Below, piece after piece: positions 1-12,525 of a stretch of DNA of 64,000 nt. Below the pieces are notes generated by a model, which worked only from the letters and a program-made list of their open reading frames with translations, did no database searches and was not told the DNA's origin. This stretch comes from Eledone cirrhosa (lineage: Eukaryota): the NCBI GenBank assembly GCA_964016885.1, contig OZ024743.1, forward strand, positions 66,030,001-66,094,000. The letters are read 5' to 3'. How positions within the stretch are numbered: position 1 is the stretch's first letter; each line of letters starts with the position of its first letter. Position numbers and translations under genes: made by a program.

Positions 1-38
1 TCAAATCAAGAATACATTACCCCATCTATCCTTACATG

Positions 39-465
<427 letters not shown>

Positions 466-977
466 ATGGTGGCTGCCAACTCGTTTTCGAGTACGGCCAC
501 TACTTTATATCCATGTAGGAGAACCCCTACCGATGCGCTGAACGAGTGTGGCTTTTTAGTCCAGCCAGCGACTTGAAAACTCTGGTACAAACACTACACT
601 TGTGACAATTATTGACAGTGCAGGGCCCATGGTTCCATGTGACAACAAGTGCAGAGAGATCTCCAGATATAAAGCAATGCCTGTGCTGTGAAGCTTTTAT
701 AGTGAGCAAAGGCACTGCACAAAGCCAGTCCCACTCTCTTAACCAAGATGATATTTACCAAAAAGAAGAGCAAGTCAACATCATTGGATACCATCAGGGT
801 TGCAGGTGTTATATCAGAGTTTTCCTTCTCCTAGAATTCTGCCTTGACAAAGGCTAAGGGGTCATCTCTCCCGGTGATTTTGGATGGCCATTGACTCTTA
901 AGAGCTCCTTTGCCCTTTGACAGGTTTTGTTTTTAGTCCTGCAGGATGTCCAAAGTCACCCTCCTCACCAAGAAACC
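466..977 (-). mobile_element. Non-autonomous RTE-derived retroelement, family A (5'-truncated)
   Basis: Near-identical copies at 4636-5132 (+) and 18965-19551 (-). The sense 3' end is GGCAGCCACCATG+(TATG)n. It encodes a C2H2 finger remnant ([17 protein letters not shown]) resembling the RTE 3' end at 5198-5778. Confidence 0.75.
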
Positions 978-1100
978 TACATACATACATACATACATAC
1001 ATACATGCATACATACATACATACATACATGCATAAATACATACATACATACATACATACATACATACATACATACATACATACATACATACATACATGC

Positions 1101-1914
1101 ATGAGACCTAAAACACAGACCATAGAGGGGATAAACCACTCTAAAAGCCTGGCATGGAGTTCCGACAAGTTTATAACATCACACCATGAGGGATACCTCT
1201 ATGCAATACAGGAACAAGAACTCCCTACCAAATATCTGCTGCACAAAAGGGGAGGGCCATCAGCTGACAATAAATGTAGGTCATGTAAAACAAAAATCGA
1301 GGATGTAAGCCACATTGTTGCCAGCTGCGAAAGAATGTCATCTCGCTACTACCTCCCCATGAGACACGATGGGATAGCTAGAACCATCTGGAATGCACTT
1401 CGGAAAACAAAATTAACATCAAACGAGGAAGAATATATTGAGACAGATGGCACTAAGGAATAATGGTGGAACCTGAAAATAAAAACTGCCACCAAATTAA
1501 AGCACAACCGGCCTGATATTGTTGTTTGGGACCACACATTGAAAACGTGTTCTGTTGTGGAGATCAGCTGCCCACTTTATGTAAACGTTGTCAGAAAATA
1601 CAGGAGAAGGAGGACATCTACGGACCATTGATGAGGAGTTTGCAAATCCAGTATCCAAGATACACCTTTAGCTTCATACCCATCATTATTGGAACTACGG
1701 GTTATATACCAACCCGTTTGAACGAAAGTATGACTGAACTTGGATTTGCGGATAACGAGCGCAGCACCCTAATTCATAGTCTACAAATGGCTGCGATAGC
1801 TGGCACCTTCAAAATTTGCGATTCAAGGGATGACAATTTCTTTTCTTTTACAACCTTGCCACCAGGAAGGTGGCCGGTCAAAAAAATATACTCGAAACTA
1901 AGAGAAAGAGATAA
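1101..1914 (+). mobile_element. R4/Dong-clade non-LTR retrotransposon 3' fragment (CCHC knuckle + restriction-like endonuclease), disrupted
   Basis: CRSCKTKIEDVSHIVASC, RHD, then WWN..HNRPDIVVWD..VVEISCP after a TAA stop at 1461; frameshift further on; flanked by (CATA)n. Confidence 0.88.
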
Positions 1915-1923
1915 CATACATAC

Positions 1924-3338
1924 GATCTGAAATCTGAAACTCTATGCCAAGAACATGGATGGGATGAAGAAAAATCTTGACCTGGTTACAACGTTCTCAA
2001 AGGATATAGGAATGGAGTTTAGCCAAGATAAATGCTCATACATGACTGTAAAGCGGGGAAAAACAATAACCCAACATCAGTCCAGACAATATTTGAATGT
2101 CGCATCATATGTCTCCGACAACATCTACTAACCTCGAAGCGTAGGAGCCCGTTTCTCGATCAAGTCTATCTGCATGAAACAGATAAGATCATGAGAGTTG
2201 GGAAGGAACTCCTTGAGAGATATTTCCTGTGTGATAATCAAAAATTCACACCCAGGGAAGATGCTCAGCAGTATCGCAGTGAATCCATGGATGAAAAACT
2301 GCATGCCTATCAGCAAAACATCATGCATGGATATGTTGCCAGGAAGCTCCAGTGTGAGAGTAATATAGATAAGGAAAGTAGTCTATCTTGGACCAACAAC
2401 CGCTATATTGGCTCCCACTTTGAAGGATACGCTTTTGCAATCCGGAAACAGGAGTTTAATACGAAAAACCTGATTCACAAAAGAGATAGGGATGCAGGCA
2501 AAACACCTGGATGTGATAACAAGTGCAGACTCTGCAGAACTAACATCGAGGATATCACCCATGTCATCAGCAGCTGTCCAAAGATGTCATCACGGTACTA
2601 TCTACCTATGAGGCATGATGTAGTGGCCAAAACGCTGTACAATGCAGTTCGTAAAAAAGATAGCCCCGATAATAAACACATTAAAAGCTACAACAATGTG
2701 GAAGACATCCATGTACATAATATAAAAGAGTACTGGTGGAATGTTCCAGTAAAAACCCCAATCAAATACAGGCATAACAGACCAGCTATTATGATATGGG
2801 ACAGGGAGAAGAAAACATGCACAGTAGTGGAAATTAGCTGCCCAGCAGATGCAAATATAATATCAAAGATTAGTGAAAAGGCGAATATTTATGCAGAACT
2901 GATGAGAAATCTGCAGATACTCCACCCTGATTACACCTTCAGATTTATGACTGTCATTATTGGGGCACTGGGATATGTTAGTAACTGCCTCAATACAAGT
3001 CTTGAGAATCTAGGCTTCACAAGAACACAATTAGTTAGGAAATTACAAGTAGAATCCATTAATGGAACAGTAAAAATATGTAAAATATTCCAAAGATTTT
3101 GCATCTAATAACTGCATATACACATGTACAGATACAAAGTATATACACATGCACACATACAACTCAAAACATACACATCCACACATACAATAACATCCAT
3201 ATCTACACTTGCATGCATACATACATATCTACCTAGTTGATGTTGTGTAAATTCCAATGAGAGAATCTTGTGTCTATGTTAGAAACGGACTCTCTCTCTC
3301 TATTGGTAAAACTTTGTGAAATTATAAAACCAGAAGAA
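1924..3338 (+). mobile_element. Second R4/Dong-clade family, internally deleted: RT remnant fused to the C-terminal CCHC+RLE ORF (2032-3108), then 3' UTR
   Basis: 1933-2040 reads LKLYAKNMDGMKKNLDLVTTFSKDIGMEFSQDKC (just downstream of the RT YxDD position). The ORF has CRLCRTNIEDITHVISSC, RHD, HNRP(A)IMIWD and VEISCP. Ends in (CATA)n. Confidence 0.88.
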
Positions 3339-3379
3339 CATACATACGAATATATAAATATATATGTAAATATATAATG

Positions 3380-3658
3380 AGAGTCCCGAGTGAAGATAGG
3401 AAAATGAACGTGGCCACTTACCTTTTGCGGTTTCGGAAGCATCCGATGATGTTGACCAGTTCTCCTTTTCGAGTAGTGTTTTCGATGCTCAGAGAGTGGG
3501 ATTGCTCGAGTGCAAGGCCTTTCCCCACTTAAAAAACCTTCAAAACACAGACAATGCTTGTTCAGGATATGTTACAGGTTCGTGTAGCTGGCTGTAGCCT
3601 TAAAAGTGCACCAAACTCTATAATCTGACAAGCGATTGCAGAGTTTGCCGCCATCATG
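3380..3658 (+). mobile_element. Non-autonomous RTE-related element, family B (3' part)
   Basis: Homologous to 6990-7515 (-); ends GCCGCCATCATG+(TATG)n. Confidence 0.65.
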
Positions 3659-3681
3659 TATGTATGTATCTATGTATGTAT

Positions 3682-4247
3682 GTCAGGTTGATTTTCAGTG
3701 CTACTGGTGACATGTAACCCACTACAACCTGTGAATAGTCGGGTCGTCGGTGACAAAACCGGGAACCACACCAAGCTTGCTATGTGAGGCGGGGTGAATT
3801 TGGTCACCCCGCGGGACGAAAAACAAAACCCGTCATAGGGCGGAGGAACTCAGGAGAGTCAAAGGCCACCTAATAAAGTTAATTTATTTATTCATCTATT
3901 TTGAGCGAGAGACTCCTAGTCTTCATTAAGACATATCTCTAGAAGGTCACTCTGATATAAAACCTGCGACTTCCTTTGCATCCAATGATGTAGGCCAGTT
4001 CTTCTTTTGGGGTAAATGCATTCGTAAATGTTCAGAGAGAGAGAGAGGGGGATTGGCCCTGTGCAAAGGTTTTTCTCACTTAAAAAAGTTTCAAGCCCAG
4101 GCATCACTCGATATGTGTCATATTTTGCCATGCAAGGTATTGCTGGCCATAGGCAAGTCCCTAGCAAGGCTAAAAAGCCATGCCCGTGATGCTGATGCTT
4201 AAGTATCAAGCGATGGCATTACTCGAAATCGAGTTGCAACTATCATG
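3682..4247 (+). mobile_element. Non-autonomous RTE-related element, family C (appears full length)
   Basis: Starts with the shared GTCAGGT head, has the shared middle modules and ends ACTATCATG+(TATG)n. Confidence 0.6.
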
Positions 4248-4279
4248 TATGTATGTATGTATGTATGTATGTATGTTGT

Positions 4280-4548
4280 GTCAGGTCACCAGTTGGTGCT
4301 ACTGGTAACATGTATCCCAGTACAACCTGTCTCATGGTCGGGTCGTTGGCGACTAAACTGGCAACCCCATGTATGTATGTATATATATCAGCACTATGTA
4401 TCAATGATTGTCACAGGTGTAGTGTTTGTACCAGAGTTTTCAAGTCGCTGGCTGGACTAAAAAGTCACACTTGTTTAGCGCATCGGTAGGGGTTCTACAT
4501 GGATATAAAGTGGTGGCCGTACTCGAAAACGAGTTGGCAGCCACCATA
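4280..4548 (+). mobile_element. Family A head (4280-4370) and tail (about 4390-4548) separated by a short TATG tract
   Basis: Head matches 19485-19551 and 7425-7515; tail matches 4975-5132. Confidence 0.65.
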
Positions 4549-4568
4549 TGTATGTATATATATGTATG

Positions 4569-4600
<32 letters not shown>

Positions 4601-4635
4601 TGTATGTATATGTATGTATGTATATGTATGTATGT

Positions 4636-5132
4636 GGGTTCCTTGGTGAGGACTAAAAACAAAATCTGTCAAAGGGCAAAGGAGCTCTTAAGAGTCAATG
4701 GCCATCCAAAATCACCGGGAGAGATGACCCCTTAACCTTTGTCAAGGCAGAATTCTAGGAGAAGGAAAACTCTGATATAACACCTGCAACTCTGATGGTA
4801 TCCAATGATGTTGACTTGTTCTTCTTTTTGGTAAATATCATCTTGGTTAAGAGAGTGGGACTGGCTTTGTGCAGTTTTGCAGTGCCTTTGCTCACTATAA
4901 AAGCTTCACAGCACAGGCATTGCTTTATATCTGGAGATCTCTCTGCACTTGTTGTCACATGGTACCATGGGCCCTGCACTGTCAATAATTGTCACAAGTG
5001 TAGTGTTTGTACCAGAGTTTTCAAGTCGCTGGCTGGACTAAAAAGTCACACTCGTTCAGCGCATTGGTAGGGGTTCTCCTACATGGATATAAAGTAGTGG
5101 CCGTACTCGAAAACGAGTTGGCAGCCACCATG
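4636..5132 (+). mobile_element. Non-autonomous RTE-derived element, family A
   Basis: Reverse-complement match to 466-977; flanked by (TATG)n. Confidence 0.75.
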
Positions 5133-5197
5133 TAAGTATGTATGTATGTATGTATGTATGTATGTATGTATGTATGTATGTATGTATGTATGTATGT

Positions 5198-5778
5198 TTG
5201 ACACACAAACCAAAAATGCGCTACCGGGACTGTGTCAGGGGCACCTTGGCTTGTGCTGGAATTTCATCTGACCAATGGGAGAAAATGGCTGTGGAGCGTG
5301 TGAAGTGGGGATGTTTGATCAAGTCAGGTAGTGAATATTTTGAAACTAGTCGGAGAGAACACCTAATACTGAAAAGGAAGATGAGAAAAAGATACTGTCT
5401 TGAACTGCCTGCTGTTGAACATCATCTGGTTTGCCAGCACTGTGGTCGAATCTGCCTGAGTACAACTTTACTCAGATTTGACAAGACACGAACACATTCA
5501 TGTCAGTAGACCTCATGTAAATTATGATCTGAAAAGGTGTAGGAAATGTGGCAAAGAATTTGGCAAGGAATGTGGCTAGTATGGGAGATCTTAAAAAACA
5601 CATGAGAACAGAACGCCAGAACAAAGCAATGGAAAGTCCCAGAAGAGCCTATACTTGCTATGTATGTGCCAGAGGGTGCAAGTCTTTGGCTGGTTTAAAG
5701 AGCCACATTTGTGCCTCATATTTTTGAGCATTTTATCGGGTGATGGCAATGCATGAACATGAGTTTTCAGCCATCATG
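5198..5778 (+). mobile_element. RTE-clade LINE 3' end with C2H2 zinc fingers, decayed
   Basis: [30 protein letters not shown] is a typical RTE C-terminus. It is followed by CQHCGRIC and [17 protein letters not shown] fingers, and the tail CAGCCATCATG(TATG)n. Confidence 0.8.
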
Positions 5779-5989
5779 TATGTATGTATGTATGTATGTA
5801 TGTATGTATGTATGTATGTATGTATGTATGTATGTATGTATGTATGTATGTATGTACAAAGGGCGGAAGAACTCATAAGATTCAACGGCCATCCAAAAAT
5901 GTGTAAATATGTATATACACATGTACATATGTATGTATATGTATATGTGTATATACATGAGTGCATGTGTATGTATATGCGCGGCGACA

Positions 5990-6332
5990 TAGAAATAGTC
6001 GGACTGGATACCCGACCGCGCGGTTAAACCACTGGGAGTGAAGGACCCCTAGCCCTTGTCAGGAAATTCTTCTAGGAGAACGGAGCTCAGGAAACTGGGA
6101 TAACTCCCACATAAAACCTACGGCTCAGTAGTTACCGATGATGTTGAGCTTTTCTTCTTTTCGGGTTATAGCTACTGTCGCTCAGAGAGTGGGATTGGCT
6201 CAGTGCACAGTCTTTCCTCACTTTAAAAAGAATCTTCACGCACAGGCATTGCACGATAGCTTAATTGATAATTATTAAAAAAGGTTATATCGTGCAATGT
6301 CCATACTGGATAACGAGGGAGCAGCCATCATG
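5990..6332 (+). mobile_element. Non-autonomous RTE-related element, family D
   Basis: Copy at 18532-18872 (-); shared middle modules; ends GCAGCCATCATG(TATG)n. Confidence 0.65.
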
Positions 6333-6989
6333 TATGTATGTATGTTAGTTAGGTGTGTAACAACAGTTACCGGTGATGCTCCTTCAATTGATGCTCTTAC
6401 GAGGTCCGTTTTGGTTATATTCCAGTGTTACGGCTGTAGTGTACAGAGTGTAAATAGATTTCCTCTTACATTTATTCTTTTTATAATTTTATTTAAGGTT
6501 TTCTATATATTTTTTAATATAATATATTTGTATCTTTTACATCCTTTACCTTTTATATTTTTATATTTTTAGCTTTCACCCTTATACCCCACCCTCTAAA
6601 CCTAAACCTACTTTACCACTACCCCCTACAGACCCACTAATAACTGTCTTTGCACATATAAGCTCATATATCTGATGAGATGTCGAAAAAGAGTCGCGCT
6701 CCGTTACATTGATTGTACCCAAGCCGAGCGATATCGAAACATTTGTAATATGCAAATAAATTTTGTACATATGCTGCAACACTATCTTCGACACTTTTAT
6801 CTCTCTCTCTCCCCTCCCCCTCTCTCTCTCTATATATATATTTATATATATATATATAATTATTCTGCATCCCCTTGCATTGAACCACAAAGTTACTAAG
6901 ACAAAACCTATATATTTGCTAGCATAGGTATGCATCTGTATATATATGTTGGTAGATATACTAATTCTTGATATATATATATATATATA

Positions 6990-7515
6990 CATGATGGCTG
7001 CAAACTCTGCTAAGAGTACTGCAATCGCTTGTCACGTTATAGAGTTTGGTGCACTTGTAGGCTACAGCCAGCCACATGAACCTGTAAAATATCCTGATCA
7101 AGCAATGCCTGAGCTTTCAAGGTTTTTAAGTAGGGAAAGGCCTTGCACTCGACCAATCCCACTCTCTTAGCATCGAAAACACTACCCGAAAAGGAGAACT
7201 GGTCAACATCATGGGATGCTTCCGAAGCCACAGGTTTTTTTTCAGAGTTTCCCTCTCCTAGAAAGGTGCTGTGACAAAAACTGGGGGTCTTCCACTCCCA
7301 GGTGAAAAAAAAAAAGTACTATTTGGATGGCTGTTAACTCTACTGAGTTACTCCACTCTTTGGCGGATCTTGTATCTTATCCCGCAGGGTGTCTAAATAT
7401 CACCCTCCTCACCAAGCAAGCTTGATGGGGTTGCCAGTTTATTCGCCAACGACCCGACCATGAGTCAGGTTGTACTGGGTTACATGTTACCAGTAGCACT
7501 CGAGAGTGACCTGAC
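6990..7515 (-). mobile_element. Non-autonomous RTE-related element, family B with intact GTCAGGT head
   Basis: Sense start GTCAGGTCACTCTCGAGTG, sense end GCAGCCATCATG. Confidence 0.65.
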
Positions 7516-7648
7516 ATATATCATCTTTATTCAAGTAAAAAACCCTCGATTGATCAATTAGACGACCGATTGTAGTGTAAACAGACGTAAAGTACTCCAC
7601 GACTTGGGTTCCTTAAAGTATTATCAATAAGATATCAGACGGAATGTC

Positions 7649-7700
<52 letters not shown>

Positions 7701-7938
7701 CATCGATTGGGCCGCGTATACACGATGATGGCAGATGAAGGAAATTCAAAGGGACGGAATACAACAGACAGAAGATTTGCTTCGAAGTCGTCGCTAGACG
7801 TATCTGAGGAACTTACGAATCCGACTCAGGTTCGATCCACAAATAGATCGCACCTCGAGCTGTTCGAGGGAGAAACAATTGTAATACGTTAATAAATTGT
7901 CTCAATGCATCACTGATTCTTTGTTTTACACACACACA

Positions 7939-7999
<61 letters not shown>

Positions 8000-8019
8000 G
8001 CACACACACACACACACGC

Positions 8020-8075
<56 letters not shown>

Positions 8076-8078
8076 ACA

Positions 8079-8135
<57 letters not shown>

Positions 8136-8317
8136 GTATATGTATATTTATTAAAATAACAGATTAAAGTTTAAGCAAAGAATCGCTGCTTTCACCCTTA
8201 ACGGGATCTTCTGAAACTAACGAAGTCAATCTGTAAACGCAGAACTGGATATTTCAAAATACGTTGCAACCGGAGGAAGACAGGAAGACGATACTTTGGT
8301 TCGTGGTAACGTTCGCT

Positions 8318-8570
8318 GGCAAAGAACGGGAAAAAACGGATAATACGTCATTAATAGGAGCGGTGAAAAACAATTACGCGCAAAGACAAAACCACGTTTA
8401 TGGTATAAAAGAGGTCGTAGACTAATGTTCTCTTAGGTGGTGCATAGAGACGTTCTCTGGCAATGAACGAAAAAACGAAGATAATAAGTCATATGTGGAG
8501 TGTGGAGAACAATAGCACGTAAAGACAAAACCACGTAAATGGTATAGCAGAAATCGTAGACTAAAATTCT
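8318..8570. repeat. Diverged tandem duplication, about 141 bp period
   Basis: GGCAAwGAACG...AAAGACAAAACCACGT...TCGTAGACTAA occurs at about 8318 and 8459. Confidence 0.7.
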
Positions 8571-9239
8571 AACTAGGAGACCAAATGGATCTCCGCTACA
8601 GAGTTAAGAACAAAGTAAATAAATACAATACAGAAGTAATAGGAACAAATAAATACATACACGCAAACAGATACGTACATACACAAGCATACGCAAAACC
8701 TTACCATGGGTATACAAAACCACGCACATATAAATATGTGTGTGTGTGTATGCTTGTGTACAAATAAATAAATAATTATATAAACGTATATAAGTAAATA
8801 AATACGTATATAACAAGTGCACACGCATACCTACATATAAATACACGAATGTTCGGAGACGTAAGTCAACTAAAACAAGAAGTACACATATACACACACC
8901 CACCATACGTACGAACCTGCACACTCACGCGGACGCAAAACTCCCGTATACACATAGCCAAACCCTAAATACCAGAATATGTAAAAATTATACGCTATAA
9001 CAGTCAAATATACGTACGAGAAGGTATACATACCTTCACAAAACATACAGCCAACCTTGTAAATCTTCATTCTTTAACTATTATTACTCCAAGTATAACC
9101 TGCATAGAAATTACCACGAACTCGCTGCATATCTATGGAAGCATCTTGTTGACCCCAACAAAGCCGTACGTTAAAACTATCCACGACGCAGAGTACTCAC
9201 AACCTCTAACTGGATTACCTATAACGATAACTTGTTATC

Positions 9240-9280
<41 letters not shown>

Positions 9281-9723
9281 GGAGATGAGTTTTATTGTAG
9301 CACAATAAAGCAATCCTTCCTTTTTATACTCCTCCTCCGTTATCCTTTTCTTATTATTATATTTTTTTCTTCTATCTATATTCTTTCTTCCTCTTTCTTA
9401 CCTTTTCTTTCCCCCTTCCTTTCCTATTTTCCAATCTCATATATCCATCTTATTTTATTTTTTATATGTTGATTTAACACTTCACTGCTCGCAAGTGTTT
9501 TTTAAGCTTCATATTATGTATCCCTATTTTATCTGATGAGAACGCAAATATCATCCCATGATGAAATTTGTTTTTGAAATGCGCATAATAAAATACATGG
9601 AACTCTTTTAACCATCTTTTGATTTTATATATATATATATACGCTTGTACTAAGAGCGTGTCTCTTTTTATAATATTTGTACACACACACACATACCACA
9701 CTTACCCCCCCCCCCACGTATAC

Positions 9724-9781
<58 letters not shown>

Positions 9782-9950
9782 ATAGACTGACTGCAGAATT
9801 TATTTATAATTTTAAATGATGTGTCTATATATTGTATAACATTAAAGATCCTTGATTAAATAATACAACCAATGTATGTGGACAATAATCACCCCACGTA
9901 ATTTGATGCCTCATTAATCGTCTCATCTCTTCCCATTATCATTGCTAGAA

Positions 9951-10140
9951 GGGCGGAGGATTGGCAGTATCGGTAGAGGGTCGGACGCCATGCTTTCCAG
10001 CATAGTTACGTCCCTTTATGGTCTGAGTTCAAATCCCGCCGAGGTTAACTTTGCCTTTCATCCTTACGGGGTCGATAAAATAAAGCACCAGTAATGAACT
10101 GCAATAATTGCCGGCCTTGTGCCAAAAGTAGAAGCAATTA
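9951..10140 (+). mobile_element. tRNA-derived SINE, family S1, with 15-bp TSD
   Basis: A box TGGCAGTATCGG, B box GAGTTCAAATCC, body GCCTTTCATCCTTACGGGGTCGATAAAAT. TSD ATTATCATTGCTAGA at 9935-9949 and 10137-10151. Confidence 0.88.
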
Positions 10141-10528
10141 TCATTGCTAGACGTTGGCAATCATAGAAAATTGCACCTACTCTCATCTGTATGACGTTGT
10201 ATGTTCCTAATTCTCAGCGGGGAAAAAAAGGTGACGTCGGTGGGCTCCGAATTCTTTACCGACCTTTTTAATGAAGCCAGTGAAAATATTTAAACGGTTT
10301 TGTATTGAAGATACAAGTTATATGAGTTGTCGTTTGGTTTCAAATATAAAGCTGCAGCTATTATCCGTCCTGTGTACTTCGTACTTTTTTCTCAATTGTA
10401 CGTGATGATATAAACATGGTTTCATCTTGAAACCTTTGGTAGGGGTAGAATTTAAGTTACATTCCTAATATAAATACTAAAATTCCACATTACGCGAAGA
10501 CTGCTCTTTACAAACACACACACACACA

Positions 10529-10577
<49 letters not shown>

Positions 10578-10786
10578 AAGAGTGAAGAATAACATGGTCG
10601 GCTGTACAAAACGGGTTTTATTTACAGTATTAACAATTGTTTCATTGATCAGGGGAGTTTAAAGGCCGCTAATCACTCAAAATTGGGTCAAACAACGCCG
10701 TACGTTAAAACTATCCATAGTACAGAGTACTCACAGCCTCTAACTGGATTACCTAAAACGATAACGTGTTATCCCCCCCCCCACCC

Positions 10787-10819
<33 letters not shown>

Positions 10820-10927
10820 AAATAACAAAATGCAGACAAAGATAATGTTCTTGAAGCCTTCACCCGGTCTATTCCTTTGTCATTTTAATTTGTATTACCT
10901 CGAGAACGTAACCTTGTTATGTAAGAA

Positions 10928-11002
10928 GTTGTCTGATGAGATCAAGGCACTGGTTAGGCGGAATCGCGTGGCCATTGTCGTCATTGAAATATGTATCACA
11001 GC
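10928..11002 (+). ncRNA. Type I hammerhead ribozyme motif with a long stem II insert
   Basis: GTTGT-CTGATGA-(46 nt)-GAAAT-ATGT-ATC^ACAGC; stem I is GTTGT/ACAGC. Confidence 0.65.
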
Positions 11003-11136
11003 CGTATCAAAAATGCACTTAAACACCTGAAACTACTTCGCATTTTCTTATTCTAAATATACTCTCTCATTCATATGTGGAAAAAGTACGTAGAGTGCTT
11101 CAATTGATTTGCATCAATGTTTACCGGAAGTATATA

Positions 11137-11210
<74 letters not shown>

Positions 11211-11212
<2 letters not shown>

Positions 11213-11399
11213 AACCAGTAAGACCCCGACAGCTGAGCTCAAGCCGTTTCGACGGCTAATTCTGGACTGAATTAGCCGTCGAAACGGCTTGAGCTCAGCT
11301 GTCGGGGTCTTACTGGTTCCTATTACCCACTCTACTACCTCAAGTATTGAGTACTTTGGTGCGTTATGGTCCACCTGGTTCCTTACCACATTTCCTTCG

Positions 11400-11402
<3 letters not shown>
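11211..11402 (+). mobile_element. Palindromic (arm+arm+tail) Penelope-like non-coding insertion, family P1, carrying the 3' half of a hammerhead
   Basis: Inverted arms 11211-11262 and 11269-11320 plus an 82-bp tail; GAAACGGCT..AGCTGTC^GGGGTC; inserted in (TA)n. Confidence 0.75.
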
Positions 11403-11436
<34 letters not shown>

Positions 11437-11512
11437 TGTGCGTGTATGTGTGTGTTTGTGCGTGTATGTGTGTGTGTGTGTGTATATATTTTATGTATGT
11501 ATGTATGTATGT

Positions 11513-11550
<38 letters not shown>

Positions 11551-11628
11551 TACATTAGATTTTAATTTCAAATCTTTAGTTTTTAACTCCTATTAATTTA
11601 ATTATTTTTAATTTTTATTTCAACACTC

Positions 11629-11676
11629 AGAATTTGATAAGGTGGATTTTTATAATACATCGAAACCGGTATTTCT
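11629..11676 (+). ncRNA. Degenerate hammerhead motif
   Basis: AGAAT-TTGATAA-GGTG..CATC-GAAAC-CG-GTA^TTTCT; two core substitutions. Confidence 0.45.
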
Positions 11677-11855
11677 TCATATACTTTATATACTTTATAA
11701 AACTTTAAAAAAAAGAATTTTCCCTCTCATTTTTTCAATAATGTTATCTTTTATAATGTCACTTTGACGAATCAAAAAAGAAAAACAGACCCTTAAATAT
11801 ATTTTCCGTGCTATTTCCAACTTCACCTTCCCCCCTCTCTCTCTCTCTCTCTGTC

Positions 11856-11888
<33 letters not shown>

Positions 11889-12128
11889 TATATATATATA
11901 ACTAATATATGCATAACTAATACTTTGTAGATAGCAGCTGTTTTCAGGTTATGTCACTGTTATAGAAACACGTGTCAATAAATTCCTTTTAACTAAACTG
12001 TATCCATTAAAATCCTTCTATTTTTCTCCGGATTACTTTTGGAACTACAACTGGAACCGTCGAGCAAAATCTACGTGAGCTGTCCATCTACTGTGTGTAA
12101 TATTTATATTACAACACTACGGAAAATA

Positions 12129-12194
<66 letters not shown>

Positions 12195-12199
<5 letters not shown>

Positions 12200-12525
12200 A
12201 AAGTAAGTCCATAGAATCATTTGATAAAATATATACAGTAATTCTCCTCCCAATCAGCATAATTAACCACACAAAAAATCAATTAAACGAGGCTATATGT
12301 TTAAAATGTATCTATGAAGAAACAATAGATAAATAAATGATAGCTATTTTATCCGCGATCAACAGCCACAGAAAATGTACCTAGTATTTCTAATAGCCCG
12401 TAGAAACTGATTAGACAGATAGCCAACCATACTCAATTAGGTACAAAATCAAAGTTAGAAGAAAAAATGTACATAAACATACCAAAATTTTGGTATGTTT
12501 ATGTACATTTTTTCTTCTAACTTTT
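12195..12525. mobile_element. Unclassified interspersed repeat ending in a local palindrome (about 12451-12524)
   Basis: Homologous to 46930-47210 and, inverted, to 23815-24035; abuts (TA)n. Confidence 0.6.

Noticed and set aside
4280-4370. HDV-like or twister ribozyme assignment for the RTE-derived head
   Set aside because: No P2 partner or P1.1 GG for HDV and no matching twister core; kept only as an unclassified structure
4975-5070. C2H2 zinc finger as a host gene exon
   Set aside because: Lies in the 3' end of a multi-copy retroelement with a (TATG)n tail
6672-6700. CTGATGAGATGTCGAAA hammerhead-like core (similar partial cores at about 9533, 24150, 45910, 50695 and 58046)
   Set aside because: I could not build convincing stems I and III with an intact core; at most decayed relics
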